This document shows, one piece after another, positions 1 through 9,378 of a stretch of DNA of 64,000 nucleotides. Below the pieces are notes generated by a model. That model did no database searches. It worked only from the letters and a program-made list of their open reading frames with translations, and was not told the origin of the DNA. The stretch is from the NCBI GenBank assembly GCA_963752595.1, contig CAVVYZ010000030.1:64001-128000 (forward strand), written 5' to 3'. The first letter of the stretch is position 1. Each line of letters starts with the position of its first letter. A program made the translations under genes and the position numbers. The stretch comes from an uncultured delta proteobacterium (GTDB lineage Bacteria; Desulfobacterota; Desulfomonilia; UBA1062).

Positions 1-12
1 TAGAGGTTCACC

Positions 13-1168
13 ATGCCGTTAGAGCGAATACAGCTTCCTGATAAAGAAGTGATCATCCTGGGTACTGCCCATGTCTCCAAAATCCTCGGTCGAAGAAACG
101 CATTCCGCCATCCAGGAATTCAAGCCCGATGAGGTTGCCGTAGAGCTCTGCCGAAGCAGGTTCGACGTCATGAAGAACCCCCAGGCATGGCAGGAAATGG
201 ACATCGTCAAGGTTATCCGGGAGAAGAAGTCTTTGCTGCTTTTTGCAAACCTGGTCATGTCCTCTATCCAGAGGAGGATGGGGGAAAAGCTCGATGTGAA
301 ACCGGGGGACGAGATGCGGGCCGCCATCGAAGAGGCGGAGGCAGCCGGAATCGAGATTGCCCTTATCGACCGCCCGGTTCAGATTACCCTGCAGAGGGCC
401 TGGAAATCTCTGGGCGCATGGGAAAAAACCAAGTTCCTCTTTTCCTCTCTGACCTCGATCCTGTCTGTGGAAGATATCGGCGAGGAAGAGATCGAGAAGC
501 TTAAAGAGAAAGACATGCTCACCCAGGCCGTTGAAGAGATCGCCAAACAGGCACCCACCATCAAGAGGGTGCTTATCGACGAGCGTGACGCCTATATGGC
601 GCGCAAGATCGCGGACCTCAAAGGGAGCAGGGTGCTGGCCGTTGTCGGGGCAGGACACATGAACGGGATAATCGAGCAGATCAGGCACCCTGTGGAAGAC
701 ATCAGCGTGCTCGAAGAAGTGCCGGAAAAAAAATTCAGCATTCTCGGCTGGCTCCTTCCGCTGACAGTCCTTTTCATGGTGATTGCCGGCTTCTTTTTCG
801 GGAGCCCGAAGCAGGGGTACGAGATGATCAAGTGGTGGATCATCTGCAGTGCATCCCTGGCTGGGCTCGGAGCAATCGCAGCCTTGTCCCATCCGCTCAC
901 CGTCCTTGTGGCGGCTGTTTCGGCGCCCATCACTACATTGAATCCTGCACTGGCTGCCGGCTGGTTCGCAGGATTGAGCGAGGCATACATCAAGAAGCCT
1001 AAGGTGGCCGATTTCCAGTCCATCCACGGTGATATCGCAACGGTGAGGGGATGGTGGAAGAATCCCATCACCAGGATCCTGCTGGTCGTCATGCTCGTAA
1101 ACCTGGGGAGCTCCTTGGGGGCATTCCTTGCAATGCCCATACTGACAAGGATAGTACTCCAGGGGTAG
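13..1168 (+). CDS. TraB/GumN (pheromone shutdown) family membrane protein; one frameshift near nt 78-81
   Basis: ATG at 13 after GAGG reads MPLERIQLPDKEVIILGTAHVS (TraB GTAHVS motif) and continues after a +1 shift into ORF 71..1168 (VAVELC, ERDAYMA, VVGAGH, C-terminal TM helices). Confidence 0.9.
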
Positions 1169-1470
1169 CCGCAGCAGTAAGTCAGCTTGAAGTGCCTTAA
1201 GGTTGATCTTGTCCTGAAGGCATTGATCTGTTTATGATAACGTATATCTTGCCTGGTCCCTTTTCTGGGGGGCTGGAATATAACAGGCGCATGATTATAT
1301 GTATGTCTTGTATGGTGGACCCCAAAAGGGGTGAATGTCGGGAATGCCGTATAAATACTATTTCAGTGAGATGAATATATTTCTTCATAAGGGCGATTCT
1401 TTTTCCCTCCGGAACGTGAAGAGGCAAGGGTAGAAATTAAATTAAGATGTAAATTTAGTAAGTTAACAAA

Positions 1471-1486
1471 TGGTACTATGTTTGCT
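1471..1486 (+). promoter_or_regulatory. sigma-54 (-24/-12) promoter
   Basis: TGGTACTATGTTTGCT matches TGGYAC-N5-TTGCW with exact GG-N10-GC spacing, in an AT-rich tract about 85 nt upstream of ORF 1570. Confidence 0.75.
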
Positions 1487-1569
1487 TATTAATTCTTTCT
1501 TTATTGGATTTTATCAAGATGCTTTTCATTTGAGGGCCTCGTGGTATCCAAATGTAATAGGGAGAGTGT

Positions 1570-1920
1570 ATGAACAAGATAAGCGCTTCTTATCATGATC
1601 GCTCATCCATCATGAAACTGCTGGATATCAGCCCGTTTATGCGCAACCAGCTCATGGAATACGGGGATATCGGAGAGAACGCCTTCGATGTATACACATT
1701 GTATAAGTCGGCGGCAAAAAGACATCTTTCGGATACTATTAAGACGAATGATGCCTTGGATATGCAGTGTTTAGCCTGGATGACGAAAGAAGAATTCTTT
1801 CAGGCGAGGAGGCTGCTGAAACGCCTCGGATTCATTACCGAGAGCATCGACCAGGAACAAGGCAAGGGGTACGAGATACGCCATGTAAGGCTTGAGCGGC
1901 GAGTAACCAGGGGACAATAG
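1570..1920 (+). CDS. hypothetical protein, probable winged helix-turn-helix
   Basis: 116 aa ORF with GGGAGAG RBS; W-x4-FFQARRLLKRLGFI followed by a beta-hairpin-like segment is typical of a wHTH recognition helix and wing. Confidence 0.65.
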   Translation: MNKISASYHDRSSIMKLLDISPFMRNQLMEYGDIGENAFDVYTLYKSAAKRHLSDTIKTNDALDMQCLAWMTKEEFFQARRLLKRLGFITESIDQEQGKGYEIRHVRLERRVTRGQ

Positions 1921-1993
1921 TTCATTCATCACCCATTATGCTCTTAAGAGATGCCCGGGAACATCCTTCAGGGGTACCGGTACTTGCAGCCTG

Positions 1994-2398
1994 TCAAAAG
2001 TTTGCAGCCTGCCGGGAGGGTCCCATTTCCCGGTCTTTAAGGTTGAGAAGCTCACTGATCGTGGCCTTGAGATTTGTGAAGTTATGGGATTTGAGAATGT
2101 AGGCGTCTGCCGCCATTGCCATGGGATGGTCTTTGTAACTTGAGTAAGCCGAGTGGATAATGACCGGTTTGTCCAGTTTGGATTTGAGGATATATCCCAT
2201 AGCATCCAAGCCGTCCATCTTAGGCATCCTGATATCCAGAATGATGAGGTCGGGTTCCGTTTCCCTCTCATCGAAAAGCATGGAGAGGGCCTCCTTGCCG
2301 TTTGATGCAACAGCAACATCATACCCGTCATCGACAAGTTCCTCCCGAATGAGGAACTGCAAATGCTTGTCATCTTCAACCAATAATATCTTTTTCAT
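1994..2398 (-). CDS. single-domain response regulator (receiver)
   Basis: MKKILLVEDD, DLIILDIRMPKMDG, PVIIHSAY, YILKS receiver motifs; GGAGG RBS. Confidence 0.95.
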   Translation of the reverse strand: MKKILLVEDDKHLQFLIREELVDDGYDVAVASNGKEALSMLFDERETEPDLIILDIRMPKMDGLDAMGYILKSKLDKPVIIHSAYSSYKDHPMAMAADAYILKSHNFTNLKATISELLNLKDREMGPSRQAANF

Positions 2399-2508
2399 GT
2401 ACGAACCTCCTTTACTGCATATCTTTTTGGGTATCAGCGAGTAAGAATCCCCAAAGATGTCCTTTTCATCTGCTCAATACAATCGTGGATGACAATCTTT
2501 TAAAATTA

Positions 2509-2524
2509 AGCATAGAATATGCCA
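2509..2524 (-). promoter_or_regulatory. sigma-54 (-24/-12) promoter for the receiver gene
   Basis: Minus strand TGGCATATTCTATGCT, GG-N10-GC, about 110 nt upstream of the start at 2398. Confidence 0.65.
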
Positions 2525-2621
2525 CATAGAGAATAATGCCTTCAATGGCCCGAAAGCGCTGATGGATAGGCTAATGCTTGAACCCACATATATATTATAT
2601 TGACGGTAAGTCTTTCCTATG

Positions 2622-2635
2622 GTCAATTAATTGAC
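2622..2635. promoter_or_regulatory. palindromic candidate activator (bEBP) binding site
   Basis: Perfect palindrome GTCAATTAATTGAC about 100 nt upstream of the minus-strand sigma-54 site, with further TTGAC half-sites nearby. Confidence 0.4.
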
Positions 2636-2982
2636 TCAATCTCGCATGATTGATAATTTAATTTTGACACTATGCCTTGCCTTATCCAAAGAATTCTTGC
2701 CGGTTAGGAGAAATGTCAGTGATATTCCTACAGGTTTCTCATAAAATACTTACAACATCATCCTCGATTGTCTTATTCCCACTTCTTTGCAGCCGTGGTA
2801 TCCGATTTTTAAGTTGCCGGAAGATAGACATTATCTCATCTAAGAGTCAAGCATCAATTCTTCCGGCATCTTTTTTTATCGCCTGACCGAACTGCCGATC
2901 AAAGGAAGGGTTCAGGAGCAAGCACCCAATTCGACGTCCCGTCCGGCTACGGACCTTGTTATTCTTCCCCTTGCCGCTCGAA

Positions 2983-3630
2983 TTACTCTGATTCCATTCT
3001 CGGGCCTCCTTCATCCCAGACAAGCCATTGGCCTGAATCGAAGAAGGAAGGAAGCACGATGAGGTGTTCACTCATGATCATCCGGTGCAGATGTCCGCAG
3101 ATGACCATGTCCACCCCTTTCCGGCGGGCAATATCCGGATCGATGACCGCCCGGGGCGGCCTTATTGCTGCCGACGACTTGACAAGGAAGCGGGCGAACC
3201 GATCCTTTAAAATGCTCGGTAACGACCGGTCAAACAATTTCAGCATCGGCCACCCAAAGGCATGGAGGAACTTGAAGCCGTAGTCATCACTGGTAAGGGT
3301 ATGCCCGTGGGTGATGAGCGTTTTTTTGCAACAGGGGGTGGTGATGATCTCTTCTTCCTCCATGATGTTGATCCCGGAAGCAGGGCAGTTCGTTATCAGG
3401 AAATCCCGGTTGCCGGGAAGGATATAGACATTGGCAGCACGAAGGGCCTCAATGACATGGGCGATGCGATGCTCGATACCTGTGAACCAGTAATCGAAAA
3501 GATCTCCCAGGATAAAGACGGCGCTACTCTCTTTTTTTGCCTTATATATCCAGTTGATGAATCTTCCGGTATCTTCTTTTGAATCAGGGCGTATGTGAAC
3601 ATCTGCGATAAAAATAATCACACTATGCAT
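2983..3630 (-). CDS. lpxH: UDP-2,3-diacylglucosamine hydrolase (calcineurin-like metallophosphoesterase)
   Basis: FIADVH, LGDLFDYW, PGNRDF, CGHLH motifs; start taken at MHSVIIF. Confidence 0.75.
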   Translation of the reverse strand: MHSVIIFIADVHIRPDSKEDTGRFINWIYKAKKESSAVFILGDLFDYWFTGIEHRIAHVIEALRAANVYILPGNRDFLITNCPASGINIMEEEEIITTPCCKKTLITHGHTLTSDDYGFKFLHAFGWPMLKLFDRSLPSILKDRFARFLVKSSAAIRPPRAVIDPDIARRKGVDMVICGHLHRMIMSEHLIVLPSFFDSGQWLVWDEGGPRMESE

Positions 3631-3683
3631 ACAATCAGAAGATGCTTGATATATCAAGCGAATCCTTTTATAAAAGAAATCCC

Positions 3684-5330
3684 ATGAGCGTACTTTCCAA
3701 TTCGAATCCGTGGAAGTTGAGCACGTTCGTCCTCGCTCTCCTGTTGATATCCTGCATCGGTTGGTTCTTCCTGAAAGGCGACCCGGGAATTGCCGATCAG
3801 ACGGATGCTGTCGAGAATGAAGAGGTTATTATCCCTGAGCATGATGCAGAGTCAGCCCGTGATTATTCCGACCTGGCCGAGCCCAAGGAAGACCTGAAAG
3901 CTCTCAAAGACCCTATCCGGAAGGCATCCAGCATCTGCAAGGGCGACAGCGTCTATAAGGTTCTCGTGCAGAACAGCATTTCTCACAGCCAGGCATATCA
4001 GATACTCCGGGAAGTAAAGAATGTGTTTGACCTTTCCAGGGTTGTTCCCGGTCATGAGATCGTGCTTATCTTTTCTCCCGACAACGAGAATCTCATCGGG
4101 ATCGAATATGAAATATCCAATGACGACCGGTTGATTATTTCCATCAGTGAAGACAAAGTCCAGGCACACAAGCAGCACGTTGAAAAGACTCTTCCCGCTC
4201 AATATTCCGGGCTTCTCAAGCAGACGGATCACATCGTTCAGCAGGGCGATAATCTCTTTTCCATCCTGCGCTCCTGCGGGGTGAGCAGTGTCCAGATAGA
4301 TAAGGTGGTAAAAGCCGTTAAGGAGGTGTACAACCTCTCAGGCCTTACAGCAGGGAATTCACTGAAAATATGGGTGACCAGGCAGGAACCGGCGGGCCTT
4401 GTTCGGATGGCCTATGAAATTGATGACCTCAATTCCCTCGATGTTGAAGGCAAAGACGGTGCTTTCAAAGCCAGGAAGCAAACCCAGGAGCTTGAAGTAC
4501 GGTACGAACGTGCACAAGGCTCGATTACGAGCAGCCTGTACGAGTCCGCAGTCCAGGCTGGCCTGCCGCCGGAGATCGTCATGGGGCTGACCGATATCTT
4601 TGCATGGGATATCAACTTTTTTACGGATATCAGGGAAGGCGACACCTATACGGTCCTCTATGAAAGGTATTATGTGCAGAATACCTTTAAAGGCTATGGA
4701 AGGATCATGGCTGCCAGATTCATGAACCAAAGCGATGAGCACGTGGCCGTTTACTACGCCAACGGGAAAAGCGTCGACGGTTATTACGACGATGCGGGCA
4801 AGCCGATACAGAAGCTCTTCCTCAAAGCACCCCTGAATTACCGCCGAATATCATCGGGCTTCAGCTATCACAGGAGGCATCCTATTTTTCATGTCATGAG
4901 GCCTCACCTCGGGGTTGATTATGCCGCCCCTAAAGGTACGCCGGTCGTTTCGCTCGGCCAGGGGAAGGTGATCTTCAAGGGATGGTCAAAGGGGTTCGGG
5001 AAGTGTGTCCAGGTAAAGCATCCATCCGGTTACGTAAGCTATTACGGTCACTTAAGCGGCTTTCCGAAGGGAATTTCCAAGGAGACCCGCCTGGATCAGG
5101 GAGAGATCCTCGGGTATGTGGGTATGACCGGGTATGCCACCGGACCCCATCTGGACTTTCGCGTAAGACTGAACGGAAAGTTCGTGAATCCGCTGACGCT
5201 GAAACCCGTAAACGGGCCTCCGCTCCGCGGCAAGGCCCTTGCCCATTTCAAGGAAATCTCTCACAAGAGGCTCGCCATGCTTGATGATGCCTCTTTAAAC
5301 TATACTACAAAGCTCAGTAAGAGAGATTAA
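3684..5330 (+). CDS. M23 family peptidoglycan DD-endopeptidase (MepM/OapA-like)
   Basis: N-terminal TM helix, two LysM-like repeats, HLGVDYAAP (HxxxD), YGHLS, TGPHLDF. Confidence 0.92.
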   Translation: MSVLSNSNPWKLSTFVLALLLISCIGWFFLKGDPGIADQTDAVENEEVIIPEHDAESARDYSDLAEPKEDLKALKDPIRKASSICKGDSVYKVLVQNSISHSQAYQILREVKNVFDLSRVVPGHEIVLIFSPDNENLIGIEYEISNDDRLIISISEDKVQAHKQHVEKTLPAQYSGLLKQTDHIVQQGDNLFSILRSCGVSSVQIDKVVKAVKEVYNLSGLTAGNSLKIWVTRQEPAGLVRMAYEIDDLNSLDVEGKDGAFKARKQTQELEVRYERAQGSITSSLYESAVQAGLPPEIVMGLTDIFAWDINFFTDIREGDTYTVLYERYYVQNTFKGYGRIMAARFMNQSDEHVAVYYANGKSVDGYYDDAGKPIQKLFLKAPLNYRRISSGFSYHRRHPIFHVMRPHLGVDYAAPKGTPVVSLGQGKVIFKGWSKGFGKCVQVKHPSGYVSYYGHLSGFPKGISKETRLDQGEILGYVGMTGYATGPHLDFRVRLNGKFVNPLTLKPVNGPPLRGKALAHFKEISHKRLAMLDDASLNYTTKLSKRD

Positions 5331-5354
5331 TCCTTTCCTTTAAGGAGGTGCACT

Positions 5355-6107
5355 ATGGAAGGATATGCCCTGATCACGATTCTTGTCATCGTAGTGTTGT
5401 TTCTGATTTCAGCAATCAAGGTGCTCAATGAATACGAGCGGGCCGTGGTATTCAGGCTCGGCCGTGTCCTGCAGGTTCCGAAGGGACCCGGGCTTGTCAT
5501 CATCATACCCATGGTCGACCGGTTCATCAGGATCAGCCTGCGCACCATCGTGCAGGATGTGCCTTCCCAGGACGTCATCACCAGGGATAACGTCACGGTC
5601 AAGGTTAACGCTGTTGTCTACTTCCGGGTCATTGAACCCATGAAGGCGGTCATCGAGGTCGAGAATTACCTCTATGCGACGAGCCAGTTTTCCCAGACAA
5701 CCCTGCGCTCCGTCTGCGGCCAGGCAGAGCTCGATGAGTTGCTGACAAAACGTGAAGAAATCAGTGCCCGCATCCAGGAGATCCTCGACCGCCATACCGA
5801 CCCCTGGGGCATCAAGGTCTCAGCCGTCGAGCTCAAGCATATAGACCTGCCCGAAGAGATGCAGCGGGCAATGGCCAAGCAGGCCGAGGCAGAGCGGGAG
5901 AGAAGGGCCAAGGTCATCCATGCAGAGGGTGAATATCAGGCCTCTCAGCGGTTGTACGATGCAGCCAAGGTGATCTCCGGAGAACCCATCGCCCTCCAGC
6001 TGAGATTCCTCCAGACCATACGGGAGATTTCGTCGGAAGGGTCTATGAACACCCTTATTCCGCTGCCCATGGAACTGCTGGTGCCTTTCCTCAAGAAGGA
6101 CAAGTAA
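5355..6107 (+). CDS. SPFH/slipin (stomatin-like) protein
   Basis: [49 protein letters not shown]. Confidence 0.95.
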   Translation: MEGYALITILVIVVLFLISAIKVLNEYERAVVFRLGRVLQVPKGPGLVIIIPMVDRFIRISLRTIVQDVPSQDVITRDNVTVKVNAVVYFRVIEPMKAVIEVENYLYATSQFSQTTLRSVCGQAELDELLTKREEISARIQEILDRHTDPWGIKVSAVELKHIDLPEEMQRAMAKQAEAERERRAKVIHAEGEYQASQRLYDAAKVISGEPIALQLRFLQTIREISSEGSMNTLIPLPMELLVPFLKKDK

Positions 6108-6164
6108 GGCTGTATCTTTAAAGGGATGAGAGGGTAAGAAAGCCCTTTCGCAGAGCGTAAACGT

Positions 6165-6905
6165 ATGAGCGTAATAACGAGCCACGGTAATTCTGCATTC
6201 AAAGCCCTGCTCGCGGCCAGGAAGGACAAGAGCATGATGCTCCTGGAGGGCAGGAGGATTGTCATGGATGCGCTCGCCCGGGGCATGATCCCGGAGATGG
6301 CTGCGGTTACTCCTGAATACCGGGAAGCGCACGGGCCTGTCGATATACCGTATATCACCCTTGCCGAAGGGCTATTTGCCCGGGTTGCGGATACCAAGAC
6401 CCCCCAGGGGATTCTTGCCCTGTTCCCGATCCCCTGGGCCCCTCTGGAAAAGATCATCGGGCATGAGAAAATAATCATCCTCGACGGCCTGCAGGACCCT
6501 GGAAACGTAGGGACCATAATCCGCACCGCAGAGGCCTTCGGGTTTCAGGCCGTTGCCGTTACCGAGGACACAGCCTCGCCTTTCTCGGCCAAGGCGGTCA
6601 GATCCTCCATGGGTTCTTCCCTCGGGGTCGACATAGCAAAGATGCGTAAAGTTGACGCGGGCAGATTGCCTCACCGGATAGTCAGCCTCGCCCCCTTGGG
6701 CAGCTCGAAATTGACCGGAGATCTTTTCGAAGGGAAATGCGCTATCTGCCTCGGCCAGGAAGGGTCAGGGGTAAGCCCTGAGATCCTGGCAATTTCTTAT
6801 GCAGCCGTGTTCATACCCATGAAGGGGAATGTGGAATCTCTCAATGTCTCCGTAGCTGCAGGCATTGTCCTAGCATATGCCAGCGGTGCTCTCGGGGCCT
6901 GCTGA
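6165..6905 (+). CDS. TrmH/SpoU family RNA methyltransferase
   Basis: LDGLQDPGNVGTIIRTA, GQEGSGVS, IPMKGNVESLNVSVAAGI. Confidence 0.93.
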   Translation: MSVITSHGNSAFKALLAARKDKSMMLLEGRRIVMDALARGMIPEMAAVTPEYREAHGPVDIPYITLAEGLFARVADTKTPQGILALFPIPWAPLEKIIGHEKIIILDGLQDPGNVGTIIRTAEAFGFQAVAVTEDTASPFSAKAVRSSMGSSLGVDIAKMRKVDAGRLPHRIVSLAPLGSSKLTGDLFEGKCAICLGQEGSGVSPEILAISYAAVFIPMKGNVESLNVSVAAGIVLAYASGALGAC

Positions 6906-7025
6906 CCTTGCACGGGAAAGCTTCCAAGAACCGAAGATGCGGACTCATGCATTACGAAGGTATTCCTGAATGCCTTTGACAACGTCAAAGTGAATCATCT
7001 CCCGAAATTTCGTTTTCACGAGCCC

Positions 7026-7982
7026 TCAGGCCTCGTCGCCTTTTTTTCCGGAACCCGTGAAGTCGATCCTGGTCCTGATCACCTCTACATCGGTATTGGC
7101 ACGGGCAGTCCCGAAGAAACGTTCGAGCACATTGCCGGGACGGAGAAAGCGTTTGATGGGCAGACCCTTATCGTCGAACGAGATCTCGACGATTCCATGC
7201 TTGATGATAGTGATGTCCCCGGCGGTATTATCAAAGCATAGCTGCCTGCCTTTGGGGAAACAAAACGTGGTGACGGCATCGCCCCGGAGATGGAAGAGGG
7301 GCTTGAGGCGCAAGTCTTCGCTCGCCTTTTTCAGGATGCGCTCTTCATAGAGCCTTTCAAGAGAACGCCCGAGCCCTGGATGGCGGCTGCAGAGGAGCTT
7401 AAGCTTTCCGGACGGGATCCTGGTGAGCTCGCTTTTTTCCATTGTCCGTACCGTTGCAGAGCGGCCCTCCTGGGAAAAGAAACCGAGCTCGCCGAAGACA
7501 TCGCCCGGATGCATGAATGAAATACGCTCGCCGTCGCGAATTACCTCGAGCGAGCCTGAGATGAGGATGAAGATGTCTTCTCCCTTGTCTTTCTGCTTCA
7601 CCACGCAGGCGCCCTTCTTGAAACGGATGAGCTGCATGATATCGAGGACGTCCATGAATTCTTCCATGGAAAGGCCTGTGAGGATGGAAGCATCGTCCTT
7701 TTTCCATACCCTGCTGCTCTCGGACAACTCCTTGCAGGCGTCACCAATGAGTCCCATGGATAAAAGGATCCTGAGGAGCATGACATGGGTTTTCGGAAGG
7801 CATCCGAGTGCGGCTCTGGCGACCTTAGCCGCTGCAAGGGCCTTGAAAGGCATCCTTGCCTTCAGGTATTCCTGGATACAGGCCTGGAAGAGATCGATCG
7901 CCTTTCCCTCATCTCCGGCCTTTGCTTCCTGCTCGGCCTTTTTCAAGAGATCCTTAGGATTCGGTTGCGGTTGAACAGCCAT
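7026..7982 (-). CDS. cyclic-nucleotide-binding domain protein with helical (TPR-like) N-terminus
   Basis: GEDIFILISGSLEV ... GDVFGELGFF ... RSATVRT phosphate-binding cassette; a second degenerate CNB-like segment at the C-terminus. Confidence 0.85.
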   Translation of the reverse strand: MAVQPQPNPKDLLKKAEQEAKAGDEGKAIDLFQACIQEYLKARMPFKALAAAKVARAALGCLPKTHVMLLRILLSMGLIGDACKELSESSRVWKKDDASILTGLSMEEFMDVLDIMQLIRFKKGACVVKQKDKGEDIFILISGSLEVIRDGERISFMHPGDVFGELGFFSQEGRSATVRTMEKSELTRIPSGKLKLLCSRHPGLGRSLERLYEERILKKASEDLRLKPLFHLRGDAVTTFCFPKGRQLCFDNTAGDITIIKHGIVEISFDDKGLPIKRFLRPGNVLERFFGTARANTDVEVIRTRIDFTGSGKKGDEA

Positions 7983-8192
7983 TTTTATACCTGCCTCCTG
8001 TCATATCATGAAATAGCACCTCTTCCTTAAAGAGATGGCGAAATGGTTCCGAAGATGCAGTTACTGACCCGAAGATGGAAGAGTTTTGTGCAATCCTTTA
8101 AAGATAATCGCGACTGATGCTTTTTCAAGCCAGGATTTTGAGGGTTTCCGGTCCCTGATATGGAGACGGTGACGCTCTCCTCTGCAAAAGGG

Positions 8193-9272
8193 CTACAGAC
8201 AATTTTCCCGAATGAACCGGGCTATATGAAGACTTGCTGATCCGTCGCCGAAAGGATTTTCCGAACCGAACGTAGCGCTGCCTGTCATATCCCGCACTGC
8301 CTGGAGCATCTTCCCGGGGTCAGGCGCGACCATCCGGTTGGCTCCTGCCAGGACGGTTTCCGGCCACTCGGTGGTATCCCTGACCGTGACGCAGGGGCTC
8401 TTCATGAGGAAGGCTTCTTTCTGTACCCCGCCGGAATCGGTAATGATGCAACCCGCATCCCTGATCATGGCGAGCATGGAAAGGTAGCTTACCGGCTCGA
8501 TGATCTGCAGGCGTTTCCCTTTGGAACGGACGATATCCGGGTACATATTTCTTGTCCTCGGATGAACCGGGAATATGACAGGGATGTCGTGGGAAACGAG
8601 CTCGAGCCCTTCCCAGACAGCCATGAATTTTTCGGGATCGTTCGTATTTTCGGCCCTGTGGATCGTTGCCAAGGCAAAGGGCTGCGAGTAGGGATGCGAG
8701 ATATTCCCCCTGGAGACTCTGATGAGTGCATCGTACATCACGTCTCCGGTGAACAGCCCGGTTATCCCCTCATTTTTCAGGAGGGCTACGGCGTTCATCG
8801 TGGGGCAGAAGTGGTATGAGGCGATATGATCGGTGAGTATGCGGTTGATCTCTTCGGGCATGGTCCTGTCGAAGCTTCGTACCCCTGCCTCCACATGGCC
8901 GACTTTAATATTCAGTTTCGCTGCAGTCAAAGCCCCGGCCAGGGTGGAATTGGTGTCCCCGTAGACGAGCAGGAGACCGGGCTTTTCAGCCACGAGGACT
9001 TCCTCGATGGCTTCCAGCATCCGTGCGGTCTGCTGTGCATGGCTTGCAGAGCCTATCCCCAGGTGATAGTCGGGGTTATCGAGCTTCAGGGTATCGAAAT
9101 GCACATCCGACATGGTGTAGTCATAGTGCTGTCCGGTATGGAGGACCTTGTAAGGTATCCCGAGATCTTTACACGCCTGCACGACAGGAGCGAGCTTGAT
9201 GAACTGGGGCCTGGCACCCACAACGTGCATCACCGAAGGCCCATGGCTCCCTGTATCCGAGTATTTTTTCAT
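8193..9272 (-). CDS. wecB: non-hydrolysing UDP-N-acetylglucosamine 2-epimerase (WecB/WbpI family)
   Basis: VVGARPQFIK, HTGQHYD, GDTNSTLA, HVEAGVRS, MPEEINR, TDSGGVQKEA. Confidence 0.9.
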   Translation of the reverse strand: MKKYSDTGSHGPSVMHVVGARPQFIKLAPVVQACKDLGIPYKVLHTGQHYDYTMSDVHFDTLKLDNPDYHLGIGSASHAQQTARMLEAIEEVLVAEKPGLLLVYGDTNSTLAGALTAAKLNIKVGHVEAGVRSFDRTMPEEINRILTDHIASYHFCPTMNAVALLKNEGITGLFTGDVMYDALIRVSRGNISHPYSQPFALATIHRAENTNDPEKFMAVWEGLELVSHDIPVIFPVHPRTRNMYPDIVRSKGKRLQIIEPVSYLSMLAMIRDAGCIITDSGGVQKEAFLMKSPCVTVRDTTEWPETVLAGANRMVAPDPGKMLQAVRDMTGSATFGSENPFGDGSASLHIARFIRENCL

Positions 9273-9378
9273 GATCAGCCGGCTATTCTCCGCCCAGAAA
9301 TCATTTTAAGGCTTTTCAGATACCGGTTATTGAAATAACAGTCAAATCTTATTTCATAAATCCTGCTGGGGAAATGTT

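Noticed and set aside
53-1027. Long antisense ORFs (53..1027, 19810..20607, 21012..22262, 48681..49790 and similar)
   Set aside because: Shadow frames opposite well-supported genes, expected from GC-rich codon bias; no motifs or RBS
2860-2975. GC-richer intergenic stretch with small hairpins (e.g. GTCC-N6-GGAC) as a possible ncRNA such as 6S or SRP
   Set aside because: No recognisable consensus; an Rfam/Infernal scan would be needed
5355-6107. SPFH gene without an upstream nfeD partner
   Set aside because: Stand-alone slipin genes are common; nothing further supports a system
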